A DNA stretch of 64,000 nucleotides, from contig CBDDBZ010000038.1 of NCBI GenBank assembly GCA_965225945.1, positions 160,001 through 224,000 on the forward strand. The letters are read 5' to 3'. This DNA comes from Alphaproteobacteria bacterium (GTDB taxonomy: Bacteria > Pseudomonadota > Alphaproteobacteria > GCA-2731375). Below the pieces are notes generated by a model. The model saw only the letters and a list, made by a program, of their open reading frames with translations. It ran no database searches and had not been told where the DNA came from. The translations under genes and the position numbers were made by a program. Below are positions 9,718 through 19,647 of the stretch, in pieces; position 1 is the stretch's first letter, and each line of letters begins with the position of its first letter.

Positions 9718-10758
9718 TCATTTGAGCCGGTAGCGGTTGGTTTCCTGCACGTAGTCGCGGACGTCAATTCTGTCGTGCGCCATGCCGACCAATACTTGCC
9801 GCATGTCGGCAACGACGTTCGGGCTATCGAGGAAGTTCGGGCTATCGAGGAAGTAGGAATGCTCGAGGACGCCGTGAACGACGGGCGTGCAGTCGATCAG
9901 CGTGACCTTTCCCGGAATGCCGCGCGGCACGCGCGGGCCGTCGTCGCCCAGCCGGTCCGGATTACCCTTGGTCTTGTCCGAAATCGCCATGGCTCGATCG
10001 TTGTTGTTGAAGTAGACGTTGACGCGCTTGGCCAGTCTCGGTAGCGGCTTCAGCTTGTAGTCGTGCTCGAAGGCGTCGTCGTCCTCGTCGGCGGCCATCA
10101 GGAAGACCTGGTCGAACAGACGCACCGGGTGGCCGGACGCATGCGCCACCATTTCCTGCACAGTATGTCGCAGCACGTAGTTGCCCATCGAGTGCGCGAC
10201 CAAATGGATGGACTGGTCGCACGCCTCGGCGGGCGTCGAACCGCGCAGGAAATCGGCGAGTTTGAGGAGGCCGCGGGCGAAGGCCGGACCCGAGGCCGCC
10301 GCGTCTTGGCGGTCGTTGGCATAGGCGATGTAGGGCATCATCGAGCCGTCGGACGGCCACGAGAACAGCACGACGTCGACCCCGGGTCCGCCGCTCGCGG
10401 TGGAGAAATTCCGCTTGAGCCGGGCGGCGCTGGTCAGCGCTTGCTTGAAACTGACGTTGTAGCCGTGAATGAAGACCACCGTGTCGCGGGAATGGTCGAT
10501 CATTTTCCGGCGCACGCGCCCGAAGACCTCGAGGCTGCCCAGTCTCGAGCCCTCGCCGTCCCTTTCCTTGCGATCGGCATCCTTGCGCAACCGCTCGGGC
10601 GCAACGTGGAGAACGTAGGAATCCAAATCGTCCCCGGTGACCTCCGCCATGCCGAAACGCAAATTGGCGAGGCCCGCCTCGCTAAAGCCCTGGCCGAAAT
10701 CGTTTGGTACCGATTTCCGGTTGGGCTTCCTGTTGGTACCGAAATAGACCTTGACCAT
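9718..10758 (-). CDS. Alpha/beta hydrolase (DUF900-like)
   Basis: YFGTNR, FIHGYN, FSWPS and AHSMGN nucleophile elbow. Confidence 0.85.
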   Translation of the reverse strand: MVKVYFGTNRKPNRKSVPNDFGQGFSEAGLANLRFGMAEVTGDDLDSYVLHVAPERLRKDADRKERDGEGSRLGSLEVFGRVRRKMIDHSRDTVVFIHGYNVSFKQALTSAARLKRNFSTASGGPGVDVVLFSWPSDGSMMPYIAYANDRQDAAASGPAFARGLLKLADFLRGSTPAEACDQSIHLVAHSMGNYVLRHTVQEMVAHASGHPVRLFDQVFLMAADEDDDAFEHDYKLKPLPRLAKRVNVYFNNNDRAMAISDKTKGNPDRLGDDGPRVPRGIPGKVTLIDCTPVVHGVLEHSYFLDSPNFLDSPNVVADMRQVLVGMAHDRIDVRDYVQETNRYRLK

Positions 10759-11181
10759 ATTCTCCTCCCTGCGACGCGAGGCCGTGCTTGCATTAATAAC
10801 TACGATTATTTCTTAAAAACCGTTCTAACTTAAATTATCGGTGACGGGAAACCAGTACCTATCCGAATTGAATATCCAAGCCCACAGTACACGACTCGTT
10901 CATGCTGGCTTTGGCCTGGGCACCTGGACTGGTGGTTTTCCGGGGACGAGGAAACGAATCAGCTCAATGGCTTGACGCCTGTCGATAGGATTGACGAGCT
11001 GTCGCCTTATCCACTCGAAACCGTATCGGAAGGTAACTACCCAGGTACCCCGCTCTTGACCGCGAGAGGATGATGTAGGTGGTCGCCGGGGCCGGGTTTC
11101 CGCCGCCGCGTCGTTGATCGTCTCTTGACTCCATAGAATCGGGCGTCTATGGGTTGCGCTCTCGTGTGACGGGAGCGGCGC

Positions 11182-11847
11182 GTGGAATATTTTGGGTCGA
11201 AGGCGACGAGCGGTCTGTGCCAGGCGCTGATTGCGCTGATGCCGCCGCACAGCGTTTACATCGAGAGCCACCTGGGGGGCGGTGCGCTGATGAAGCGCAA
11301 GCCAACGGGCGTGCGCTCGATCGGCATCGACCGCGATGCGCAGGCGCTCGAGGCCTTTGCCTGTGACTACCCGGTCGAGTTGGTGCATGGCTGTGCCCAT
11401 GCCTTTTTGGCCTCGTTCCCGTTTCTGGGCCCGGAGCTGGTCTACAGCGATCCCCCCTATCTGCACGCGACCCGCCGTTCGGCACGGCGCTATCGCTTCG
11501 ACTACGAGGAGGTCGACCATGTCGCGCTCCTGGACCTGCTCAAGGATCTGCCCTGCCAGGTGATGGTCTCGGGCCATCCCTCGGCGCTCTATGACGAGAT
11601 GCTGGCGGGCTGGCGCAGTCTGGCGCTGCAGGTGACGACCCAGGCCCAGGTGCGGACCGAGGTCGTGTGGTTCAACTTCGCGCCCGACCGGGTGCATTGG
11701 GCGAGCTACGCAGGCCGGAACTTCACCGACCGCCAGCGCATCAAGCGTAAGGCGGCCAACTGGGGCCGGCGTTACAAGGCCTTGCCGGCGGGCGAACGCC
11801 TCGCGGTGCTGGCCGCCATGATGGCCGTCGATGCCGAGGACCCGTGA
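11182..11847 (+). CDS. DNA adenine methyltransferase (Dam/D12-like)
   Basis: YFGSK, YIESHLGGG (SAM-binding motif I) and DPPY (motif IV). Confidence 0.85.
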   Translation: MEYFGSKATSGLCQALIALMPPHSVYIESHLGGGALMKRKPTGVRSIGIDRDAQALEAFACDYPVELVHGCAHAFLASFPFLGPELVYSDPPYLHATRRSARRYRFDYEEVDHVALLDLLKDLPCQVMVSGHPSALYDEMLAGWRSLALQVTTQAQVRTEVVWFNFAPDRVHWASYAGRNFTDRQRIKRKAANWGRRYKALPAGERLAVLAAMMAVDAEDP

Positions 11848-13382
11848 CGCTGTCGCGCTGGCACGAGGACCTCGCCGCCCATGACGAGGCCTTCGCGTGC
11901 CTGCAAGATCTTCTTGACCCCTCATCCTTCGCAATCACAGTCGTCAAGGCCTTCCGGGAATGGGGCCAGGGGCTGTTGCGCCTGGCCACGGCGCTCGTCC
12001 GGGAGAATGCCGCGCTCGAGCGGGAGAACGCGACCCTGCGGGACCGCATCGCCGAGCTCGAGCGGAGCGCGGCGCTTGACAGCACCACCAGCAGCAAGCC
12101 GCCCGCCAGCGACGGCCTGCGCAAGAAGAGCGGAACCCAGAGGCGCACCCGAAGCCAGCGCGGCAAGTCCGGCAGGCCAAGCGGCGGCCAGCCGGGCCAC
12201 AAGGGAACGACGCTGGCGCGGACCGAGAGCCCGGACCATGTTGTGGATCATGACCCCTCCGCCTGTTCGGGCTGCGGCGCACCGCTGTCGGACGCCGACC
12301 GTCACCGCGCGCCCGTCTGTCGACAGGTCTTCGATGTGCCCGAGCCACGCCCCCTGGAGGTCACCGAACACCGCGCCCATCGCTGCCTCTGCGGCGCCTG
12401 CGCCACCGTGACAGGAGCCGTCTTCCCGGACGGCGTGACCGCCCCGGTCCAGTACGGGCCACGCATCACCGCCTGGGTGAGCTACCTGCTGTACGCCCAG
12501 TTCGTTCCCGAGAAGCGCTTGGCCGAACTCATGAGCGACCTCTTCGCAGTGTCCATCTCCACAGCCACGATCACCGCCATGGGCCGGCGAATCGCCAGGC
12601 GCTTCGAGCCCTTCCTCGCCCATGTCGCAGACGTGATCCGCACAGCGGTCCCGGTCAAGCACCTCGACGAAACCGGCCTGCGGATCGCCGCCCGTACCCG
12701 CTGGCTCCACGTGCTGTGCACCCCATTCCTGACCGTCCTGCGCATCGGCGCGGGACGCGGCGATGTCGAAAAGGACCTCGAAGGCATCCTCATCCATGAC
12801 GATTACGCCGCCTACTTCACCCTCAAGGGCGTGCGCCACGGCGCCTGCAACGCCCATCACCTGCGCGAACTCCAGGCCCTGATCGACATCGAGAAGGAAG
12901 ACTGGGCAAAGAGCATGCACCGCCTCCTTGAGCGCGCACACAGGGCTACCCGCTTCTCCCGTGAGAACGGCCGCGACGTGCCCGCCTCCCTGGTGGCCCG
13001 GATCTCGCGGGCCTGGGCCCGCATCCTCGACCACGCCATCGCCTTCCACGAGGCGCAGCCGCCGCTCCGGACCGGCAAGCGCGGACGAAAGAAACGCCGC
13101 ATCGGTCATAACCTCGCGCTCCGCCTCCGCAAGCACAAGGAGGGATGCCTGCGATTCCTCACCGACCCGCGCACGCCGTTTACGAACAATGAGGCCGAAC
13201 GTGACCTCCGAATGGCCAAGCTGCGCCAGAAGATCTCCGGTGGCTTCCGCTCCGAGAGGGGTGCCTACAACTTCGCCAGAATGCGTGCCGTCATCGCCAC
13301 CGCCCGAAAGCAAGGCTGGAACGTCCTCCAGACCCTGGTGCATCCCGATCCGATGCAACTAATCCCCCAACTGCGCCTCTGA
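11844..13382 (+). CDS. IS66 transposase
   Basis: Coiled coil, SSKPPASD, GGQPGHKG, Zn finger, DETG, CNAHHLREL and TNNEAERDLR. Confidence 0.95.
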   Translation: MTLSRWHEDLAAHDEAFACLQDLLDPSSFAITVVKAFREWGQGLLRLATALVRENAALERENATLRDRIAELERSAALDSTTSSKPPASDGLRKKSGTQRRTRSQRGKSGRPSGGQPGHKGTTLARTESPDHVVDHDPSACSGCGAPLSDADRHRAPVCRQVFDVPEPRPLEVTEHRAHRCLCGACATVTGAVFPDGVTAPVQYGPRITAWVSYLLYAQFVPEKRLAELMSDLFAVSISTATITAMGRRIARRFEPFLAHVADVIRTAVPVKHLDETGLRIAARTRWLHVLCTPFLTVLRIGAGRGDVEKDLEGILIHDDYAAYFTLKGVRHGACNAHHLRELQALIDIEKEDWAKSMHRLLERAHRATRFSRENGRDVPASLVARISRAWARILDHAIAFHEAQPPLRTGKRGRKKRRIGHNLALRLRKHKEGCLRFLTDPRTPFTNNEAERDLRMAKLRQKISGGFRSERGAYNFARMRAVIATARKQGWNVLQTLVHPDPMQLIPQLRL

Positions 13383-14563
13383 GAACACCGGCACCGCTAC
13401 CAGCCCGGACCCCCACGATCCCTCACATACAAACGCTCGGGCCAATCAGACCTGGGTAGTTACATCGGAAGATGGATTTTGCCATCCTTTTGTGGGTTTT
13501 GAGGCGGATCGGCTCGGCCTCGTGGAGCCAATCGCCGACTTTGTGCGCCCAGCAGAAGGTGATGGAAAGGACGGCGGTGAGCTTGGAGATGCGCTCCGGG
13601 TCGGTCATGTGGGTGTCTTCGAGGTTGAAGCCACGGGTTTTCAAGGCGGCGAAGAGGGTCTTGATTTGCCAGCGCTGGGCGTAGATGGCCAAGGCCTCCT
13701 CGGGCGCGTCGTTGGTCACGACGATCAACAGTTCGCCGGTCTTGAGATGGAGCGCGGCGACGAAGACGGGCCTGGCCTTGGGTTTTCTGGCCTCCGAGAG
13801 GCGCCTGGCGTTGGAGAGGATGCGGCTTTCCCCGGGTTTGAGGTCGCGAAACAGCTCCCTCGCCTTGACCATGCGACCACGCGTGTTGGCGATCTTGATG
13901 TTGGATCGGATGCGGATGTGAAAGGGGATGGCCTTTTCCTGCAACCATGCCAGCCAGGCGTCGCCGATGAATTCCCGGTCGGCCAGGAGGCTGGCGATCT
14001 TGTCGACCCCGAAGAGCCGGAGGACGTGTTCGAGGATCGCGATCCGCTCCTTGGTATTGGAATTGCCCGCCTTGTCGAGCACCCGCCAGCACACGGGAAT
14101 GGCGATGGCGCGGTTGACGATGCCGATCATCAAGATGTTGACGTCGCGGCGACCCAGCCGCCAGTTGGTCCGGTCCATGGTCAGCCGCCACGGCCCCGCC
14201 TGGAGCCCCATCATCGCGACCAGGAACTCGGCGAGGCGATCGTAATCGAAATCGACTTGCTCGAAAAACCGTTGCAGGCGCCGATAGTTGGAGCTGGATC
14301 GCGCGCGCCCCGGAAAGTGGCAGGCCAAGTGAGAGAGGTTCACCGTCCGGGCGACGAACACGCCGAAGACCAAGACGCAAAGGCTCTCCAGACGGCTCTT
14401 GCGAAAGGCGAAGCCGCATCGTAGCGTCTCACGCAGGGCGTTGATCGGGTTGTCTCGCATGATTTCCCTCTTGACTCGTCGTGGAGTGAATCGGGAATCC
14501 TACAACCTTTTCAACGTCCTACGTAAATGCCGTCGTGTACCATGGATTCTGCTATAAGAATCA

Positions 14564-15943
14564 ATGCAATACCGTCAGCGTTACGGGCAAACCCGATGTC
14601 ACCCGGCGGGTGAATCAAGAAACCCCCATTTGCGGGTCGATTTCGACAGTCGACTGAAGCTTGAGTTCCACGGTTCCAAGGTCACCTCCGACGCTGGGTT
14701 TATCGCCTACCGGGAGCTTGACGATGCCCTTGGCCTGACCGAGGTTGCCGGGGGCCTTTTCCAAGACAGCCGTACCGGCAAGAACGGGCGGCATGGCATG
14801 GTCGGGCAGTTTCGCCAGTCCGTTTATGGCCGTCTTGGTGGCTACGATGACGTGAACGACGCCGACCGTCTGGGCCGTGATCCCGCCATGCGGTGGATCG
14901 TCGGCGGCCATGCTGTCACCAAACAGGCCGCTTCCACCAGCCAGATGGGACGCTTCGAGACGGAGCTATTGGCCAGCGACGAGAACTTTGCCGCGTTGAC
15001 CGACTTATCCGGCGTTTGGATCGACAAGGTTCATGACCGCCGCCCACCGAAGATGATCATCCTCGACATGGACTCAAGCGTCAGCCCGACCCATGGCGAA
15101 CAAGAGGGCACCGCCTACAACGGTCACTTCGGGTGTTCCTGCTATCACCCTCTTTTCGTGTTCAACCAGTTCGGTGATCTGGAGCGGTGCGCCCTGCGTC
15201 CCGGCAACGTTCACAGCGCCGATGACTGGGAAGGCGTGTTGAAGCCGGTTGTCGTTCGCTACAAGGGTCGGAAGGTACGACTGTATTTCCGGGGCGATGC
15301 CGCCTTCGCCGCGCCGGAGATGTACGAATACCTCGAAGCCGAGGGCTTCCTGTACGCGATTCGCTTACCGAAGAACCAGGTTCTTCAGGAAAGCGTCGCT
15401 CATCTGCTGACGCGACCCGTCGGCCGCCCGCCCAACCACGTTCTGCGCTTCTATGCCAGCTTTAGCTACCGGGCTGGAAGCTGGGACAAGAAGCGGCGCG
15501 TGGTAGCCAAGGTGGAATGGCATCCCGGTGAACTGGTTCGCCGTGTCGGTTTCATCGTCACCAACCTGTCCCGTTCCGCCGAGCGGGTGACATGGTTCTA
15601 CAATCAGCGGGGCAAAGCGGAGCAATACATCAAGGAAGGCAAGAACGCGATCAAATGGACCCGATTGTCGTGCCGCAAGTTCCGCGACAATGCCGTTCGG
15701 CTGCAGCTTCATGCCCTCGCCTATAACCTCGCCAACTTCATGCGCACGCTGGCTTTGCCGAAGGAGGTGGAGCACTGGTCATTGACGACGCTGCGGGAGA
15801 AACTGGTCAAGATCGGCGCCAAGGTGGTCCGCCATGGCCGGTACGTCACGTTCCAATTGGCCGAGGTGGCGGTCCCAAAGGATCTGTTCCGGAAAATCCT
15901 GCGCCTGATTGATGATCTGCGACCAAGACCCGCTCCGGCGTAG
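14564..15943 (+). CDS. IS1380-family transposase; element left end abutted by IS4, right end near 16143
   Basis: VTSDAG, LDMDSS, YNGHF, FRGDAAF and YNQRGKAEQYIKEGK; true start uncertain. Confidence 0.9.
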   Translation: MQYRQRYGQTRCHPAGESRNPHLRVDFDSRLKLEFHGSKVTSDAGFIAYRELDDALGLTEVAGGLFQDSRTGKNGRHGMVGQFRQSVYGRLGGYDDVNDADRLGRDPAMRWIVGGHAVTKQAASTSQMGRFETELLASDENFAALTDLSGVWIDKVHDRRPPKMIILDMDSSVSPTHGEQEGTAYNGHFGCSCYHPLFVFNQFGDLERCALRPGNVHSADDWEGVLKPVVVRYKGRKVRLYFRGDAAFAAPEMYEYLEAEGFLYAIRLPKNQVLQESVAHLLTRPVGRPPNHVLRFYASFSYRAGSWDKKRRVVAKVEWHPGELVRRVGFIVTNLSRSAERVTWFYNQRGKAEQYIKEGKNAIKWTRLSCRKFRDNAVRLQLHALAYNLANFMRTLALPKEVEHWSLTTLREKLVKIGAKVVRHGRYVTFQLAEVAVPKDLFRKILRLIDDLRPRPAPA

Positions 15944-16228
15944 GCCGGGGGAATCGACGGCGATGTGAAAAGTGCGGGAGAGGTGCGTCTGGATGGCGAA
16001 AAACCGGGCCGAATGGGCTTCTGGACACCGCCAACTGACAAGAATCGGGCTATCAGACGGCTGCGGAGGGGAACTCATTCCAGTGGCGGTGCAATCAGGG
16101 TATCATCGCAATAAATTTGAGGGCCATCTGGGAAATGTCGGTTGACACACTTGACAAGACTTGCGTGGAGTCAAATACAATAGCGGGTCCGATGGCCGTC
16201 TGGCCATAACTCTTCTGGGAGGAAGTCG

Positions 16229-17293
16229 ATGAAATCGTTTAAAACCTATGCCATCGCTGGCGCGTTCGGCGCCGCCATGGCGATGACGGCCGGCACGGCG
16301 TTCGCCGAATGCTCGGCGGGAGACTATAAGGGCTGCGCAGGCAAGCCGTGGGTCGACGGCACTGTCATGGATACGCCGCTCGGTTCCAAGTGGTGGCCGC
16401 ACCCGATCTGGGGAGCCGGTGACGAGGCCGGCTCGACCAACTATTACAAGCAGACCGAGGTGGTTCTGCGCGCCCTTTCGGTTATCAAGAAGGGCCAGAC
16501 CATGGAAATCGGGCATGAATATCATGCCGACATGCCGCTGTTTGGCCAACGCAAGTTCAGCCTGCGGATTCCGGGCAACCCGACCGGCGGCACCTGGGGT
16601 GGCAACTCGATCGTCTATCACGACGAGTTCCTGGCCACCGAGATCGGCCAGGTCGGCACCCAGTTCGACGGTCTCGGCCATGTCGGCGTGAGTGTCGGAG
16701 CTCTTAACGACCGTTCCGAGCAGCGTTTTTACAACGGTTTCACCGTGGAAGACATGCAGGGGGCCTATGGGCTCGCCAAGCTCGGAACCGAAGAGCTGCA
16801 TCCGATCATCGCCCGCGCCGTCATGCTCGACATCTCCGCCGTCAGAGGCCGTATCCTGGAGAAGGGCGAGATCATCACCATGGCCGACGTCAATGCCGCG
16901 CTGAAAATGCAGGGCATGGAAGGCTACAAGTTCATGCCGGGCGACGCGATCGTCTTCCGCACCGGTTGGGAAGCCTATTGGGAAGACCCGCCGAAGTATA
17001 ACGACGGCTGCCCCGGCATCGGCATGGAAGTCGCCCGTTGGATCGCCGAGGAAATACAGGCTGGCATCACCGCTGGCGACACCTGGCCTGTTGACGCGGT
17101 GCCGAATCCCGATCCGGATTGCGTGTTCTGCGTGCACAACTACTTGCAGACCCGCCACGGCATCGTCAATCAGGAAAACCTGCGGCTCACGGAACTGGCC
17201 GAGGCCGGTGTCTACGAGTTCGCATACTTCTTCGCGCCGTCGCCGATTCGGGGCGCCACGGGCGCGAACGGCAATCCGGTCGCGATCTGGTAA
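16229..17293 (+). CDS. Secreted cyclase-family (kynurenine formamidase-like) metal hydrolase
   Basis: Signal peptide; QVGTQFDGLGH, FRTGW, HNYL and ENL. Confidence 0.85.
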   Translation: MKSFKTYAIAGAFGAAMAMTAGTAFAECSAGDYKGCAGKPWVDGTVMDTPLGSKWWPHPIWGAGDEAGSTNYYKQTEVVLRALSVIKKGQTMEIGHEYHADMPLFGQRKFSLRIPGNPTGGTWGGNSIVYHDEFLATEIGQVGTQFDGLGHVGVSVGALNDRSEQRFYNGFTVEDMQGAYGLAKLGTEELHPIIARAVMLDISAVRGRILEKGEIITMADVNAALKMQGMEGYKFMPGDAIVFRTGWEAYWEDPPKYNDGCPGIGMEVARWIAEEIQAGITAGDTWPVDAVPNPDPDCVFCVHNYLQTRHGIVNQENLRLTELAEAGVYEFAYFFAPSPIRGATGANGNPVAIW

Positions 17294-17320
17294 TCGCGTC
17301 CACACTGAAGCGTAAAGCAG

Positions 17321-17354
17321 CGGGGCGTGCCTTGGGCACGCCCCGTTTGCTTGT
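17321..17354 (+). terminator. Probable intrinsic terminator
   Basis: CGGGGCGTGCC-TTG-GGCACGCCCCG hairpin followed by TTTGCTTGT, after the cyclase stop. Confidence 0.6.
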
Positions 17355-17376
17355 CGCTATGCGCGGATAGCCAGCC

Positions 17377-17653
17377 ATGGCCGACGATCCCGAACGGCTC
17401 GACGAGTTCCTCGCCTTCAGCGGACGCTTGGCGGACGCGGCGCGCGCCGTGATCGTTCCCCATTTCCGCGCCGACCACGAGATCGAGGACAAGCCGACCG
17501 CGTCCAGCGCCGAGCAGCCCGTCACCCGCGCCGACCGCGAGGCCGAACAGGCGATCCGCGACCTGATTATCGAAACCTATCCCGAACACGGAATCCTTGG
17601 CGAGGAACTGGGCGAACACAACCCGGGCGCCGACTACACTTGGGTGATCGACC
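17377..17653 (+). pseudogene. Inositol-monophosphatase-family (HisN-like) gene truncated after WVID
   Basis: PVTRADREAE, HGILGEE and WVID, then unrelated sequence in place of PIDGT. Confidence 0.85.
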
Positions 17654-17709
17654 TCAAAATGCTTCGAGAAATGACAAGGGTCGAGCAAGATGAATGCTTG
17701 CCTATCCGG

Positions 17710-18756
17710 TTAACGCCCATGACCGCTACATGTAGGGTGCCGCCACTCTCCCGAGTAAAGCTCGGCATAGGTTGGAGCAGAGGTGTCGCCCGCGATGCCG
17801 AGCAATGAGCGGAAGGCGTTGAACGGGTAGAACCGCCTGTTGAAGCGGAAGGTGAACTCGTTGAGGTAGGCTTGTAGGTGCTGGTGGCTAACGCCGTGGT
17901 GGATACCGATCAGCCACGTCTTCAGGTTGGCGAAAACCAGATGGATGATCGGCAGGTATTGCTCGGCAACCTCTGGATCACCACACTCGGCAACAACCTC
18001 TGGATCACCACACTCGGCAACAGCGAAGTGCTCATAGCCGCGCTTACCGAGGCCAGCATAGCCGCTCCAATCGTCAGTAACGATCAGCGATCCCGGCGCG
18101 ACGGTGCTCTCGACGAACCCACAGAGCGACTCGGCGCTACGGTCGAGCACGACGGCGAGCCGAACGCGTCCGGCATAGCGTCCGTCTTTCCGGTTGTCGA
18201 GCTTGGTGCCCGGCTTTCGATGACGCACCTCGATGGCACAGGAGACGAGAACCTTGTGGTGAACACCACGGCCTTCCCCACGCGTTCGCCCGCCAACCCA
18301 GGTTTCGTCCACCTCAACATGGTTCTTGGGCTGTCCACCGATCCTGTCTTGGTTGGGCCGCACCATGCCCGAGCGGAGCTTGTGGAGAATTTGAAAGGCC
18401 GTCTCGTAGCGCGAAAGACCAAGTTGCCGCTGAAACTGCACGGCGGACATGCCGGGCGTCTGACTGGCGACCAGATAAGCGGCCCAGAACCAGACGTTCA
18501 GCGGAGTGTGGCTACGCTCCATCACTGTTCCCACCGTCAGCCCGGTGTTCTGGCGGCACTTGCGGCAGCGCAGGACGCCAGGGCGGTTTTCAAAGTGGAA
18601 CGGCTCTCCCGCCGTGCCGCAGTGCGGGCAGGCAAAGCCGTCTCCCCAGCGGGCTTTCTCCAGGTAGGCGGCGCAGGCCGCATCATCGGGGAAAAGTCGC
18701 TGGAACTCGGGTAGCGAATGCGGGAATGGGAGATCGGCGCGGTCGAGAACATCCAT
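17710..18756 (-). CDS. IS1595-family transposase
   Basis: Zn finger CPHC...CRKC, VEVDETWVGG, VTDDWSGY and YLNEFTFRFNRR. Confidence 0.93.
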   Translation of the reverse strand: MDVLDRADLPFPHSLPEFQRLFPDDAACAAYLEKARWGDGFACPHCGTAGEPFHFENRPGVLRCRKCRQNTGLTVGTVMERSHTPLNVWFWAAYLVASQTPGMSAVQFQRQLGLSRYETAFQILHKLRSGMVRPNQDRIGGQPKNHVEVDETWVGGRTRGEGRGVHHKVLVSCAIEVRHRKPGTKLDNRKDGRYAGRVRLAVVLDRSAESLCGFVESTVAPGSLIVTDDWSGYAGLGKRGYEHFAVAECGDPEVVAECGDPEVAEQYLPIIHLVFANLKTWLIGIHHGVSHQHLQAYLNEFTFRFNRRFYPFNAFRSLLGIAGDTSAPTYAELYSGEWRHPTCSGHGR

Positions 18757-18849
18757 GGCGCGCTCCCCTATATCCGGTTTGCGCCCATTCTAGCCCTAGT
18801 GGGTGTGGGTGTAAACCGGATAGGAAAGCAACGAACCAGGACCACCGCA

Positions 18850-19341
18850 GTGCGTCATCGAAAGCCGGGCACCAAGCTCGACAACCGGAAAGACGGACGC
18901 TATGCCGGACGCGTTCGGCTCGCCGTCGTGCTCGACCGTAGCGCCGAGTCGCTCTGTGGGTTCGTCGAGAGCACCGTCGCGCCGGGATCGCTGATCGTTA
19001 CTGACGATTGGAGCGGCTATGCTGGCCTCGGTAAGCGCGGCTACGAGCACTTCGCTGTTGCCGAGTGTGGTGATCCAGAGGTTGCCGAGCAATACCTGCC
19101 GATCATCCATCTGGTTTTCGCCAACCTGAAGACGTGGCTGATCGGTATCCACCACGGCATTAGCCACCAGCACCTACAAGCCTACCTCAACGAGTTCACC
19201 TTCCGCTTCAACAGGCGGTTCTACCCGTTCAACGCCTTCCGCTCATTGCTCGGCATCGCGGGCGACACCTCTGCTCCAACCTATGCCGAGCTTTACTCGG
19301 GAGAGTGGCGGCACCCTACATGTAGCGGTCATGGGCGTTAA
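18850..19341 (+). pseudogene. Inverted C-terminal half of the same IS1595 transposase
   Basis: Reverse complement of 17710-18228 apart from 2 substitutions seen and a missing 27-bp repeat. Confidence 0.88.
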
Positions 19342-19590
19342 CCGGATAGGCAAGGATGAATGTTCAGGGGTGAGCAGTTCGTGAACTGACACGCAAGGTC
19401 CAGTCTTCTTGTCGAGCCGGTTTAGCGTAGCGGCGATCGCGCCATCCGCTTGCTGTCTCGCCAGCGTCCGGATCAGATCGTCCACTCTGATGCTTCGGAC
19501 CCGCTCTCGAAGGTATTCCCGTCTCACCTGAGGGCTCTTCTGGCTAAGCCAGATCGCTTGACATGGGAGACTGCGCCCCTGTATGGAATG

Positions 19591-19647
19591 GTTCCCGTTT
19601 TGGGAACACTGTACTTGACACGCAATCGGGAACGGTATATATAGCTT
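19591..19647 (+). promoter_or_regulatory. Sigma70-like promoter with a putative antitoxin operator; probably leaderless
   Basis: GTTCCC-N5-GGGAAC at 19591-19607; TTGACA at 19615; TATATA 17 bp later; ATG at 19648 with no SD. Confidence 0.6.

Larger units (their letters stand above)
11033..13463 (+). mobile_element. IS66-family element (single transposase ORF) with a methyltransferase passenger, copy 1
   Basis: 14-bp TIR GTAACTACCCAGGT; 8-bp TSD ATCGGAAG at 11025-11032 and 13464-13471; 2431 bp. Confidence 0.93.
10900..14460 (-). pseudogene. IS4-family DDE transposase split near its C-terminus by IS66
   Basis: MDRTNW, LADREF and YAQRWQI..LF..LK; breaks at SIFR|YGFEW. Confidence 0.88.
10883..14544 (-). 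mobile_element. IS4-family element copy 1, interrupted by IS66
   Basis: TIRs CACAGTACACGAC / GTCGTGTACCATG; second copy at 33880-37541; no TSD. Confidence 0.88.
17697..19354. mobile_element. Composite IS1595-family element: full IS (17697-18828) plus an inverted 3' half (18850-19354)
   Basis: Both outer ends are CTTGCCTATCCGGTTAACGCCC; 8-bp TSD GATGAATG at 17689-17696 and 19355-19362. Confidence 0.88.

Noticed and set aside
16142-16181. IS1380-derived hybrid promoter for the cyclase
   Set aside because: TTGACA to TACAAT spacing is 19 or 28 bp, and the IS boundary is not fixed precisely
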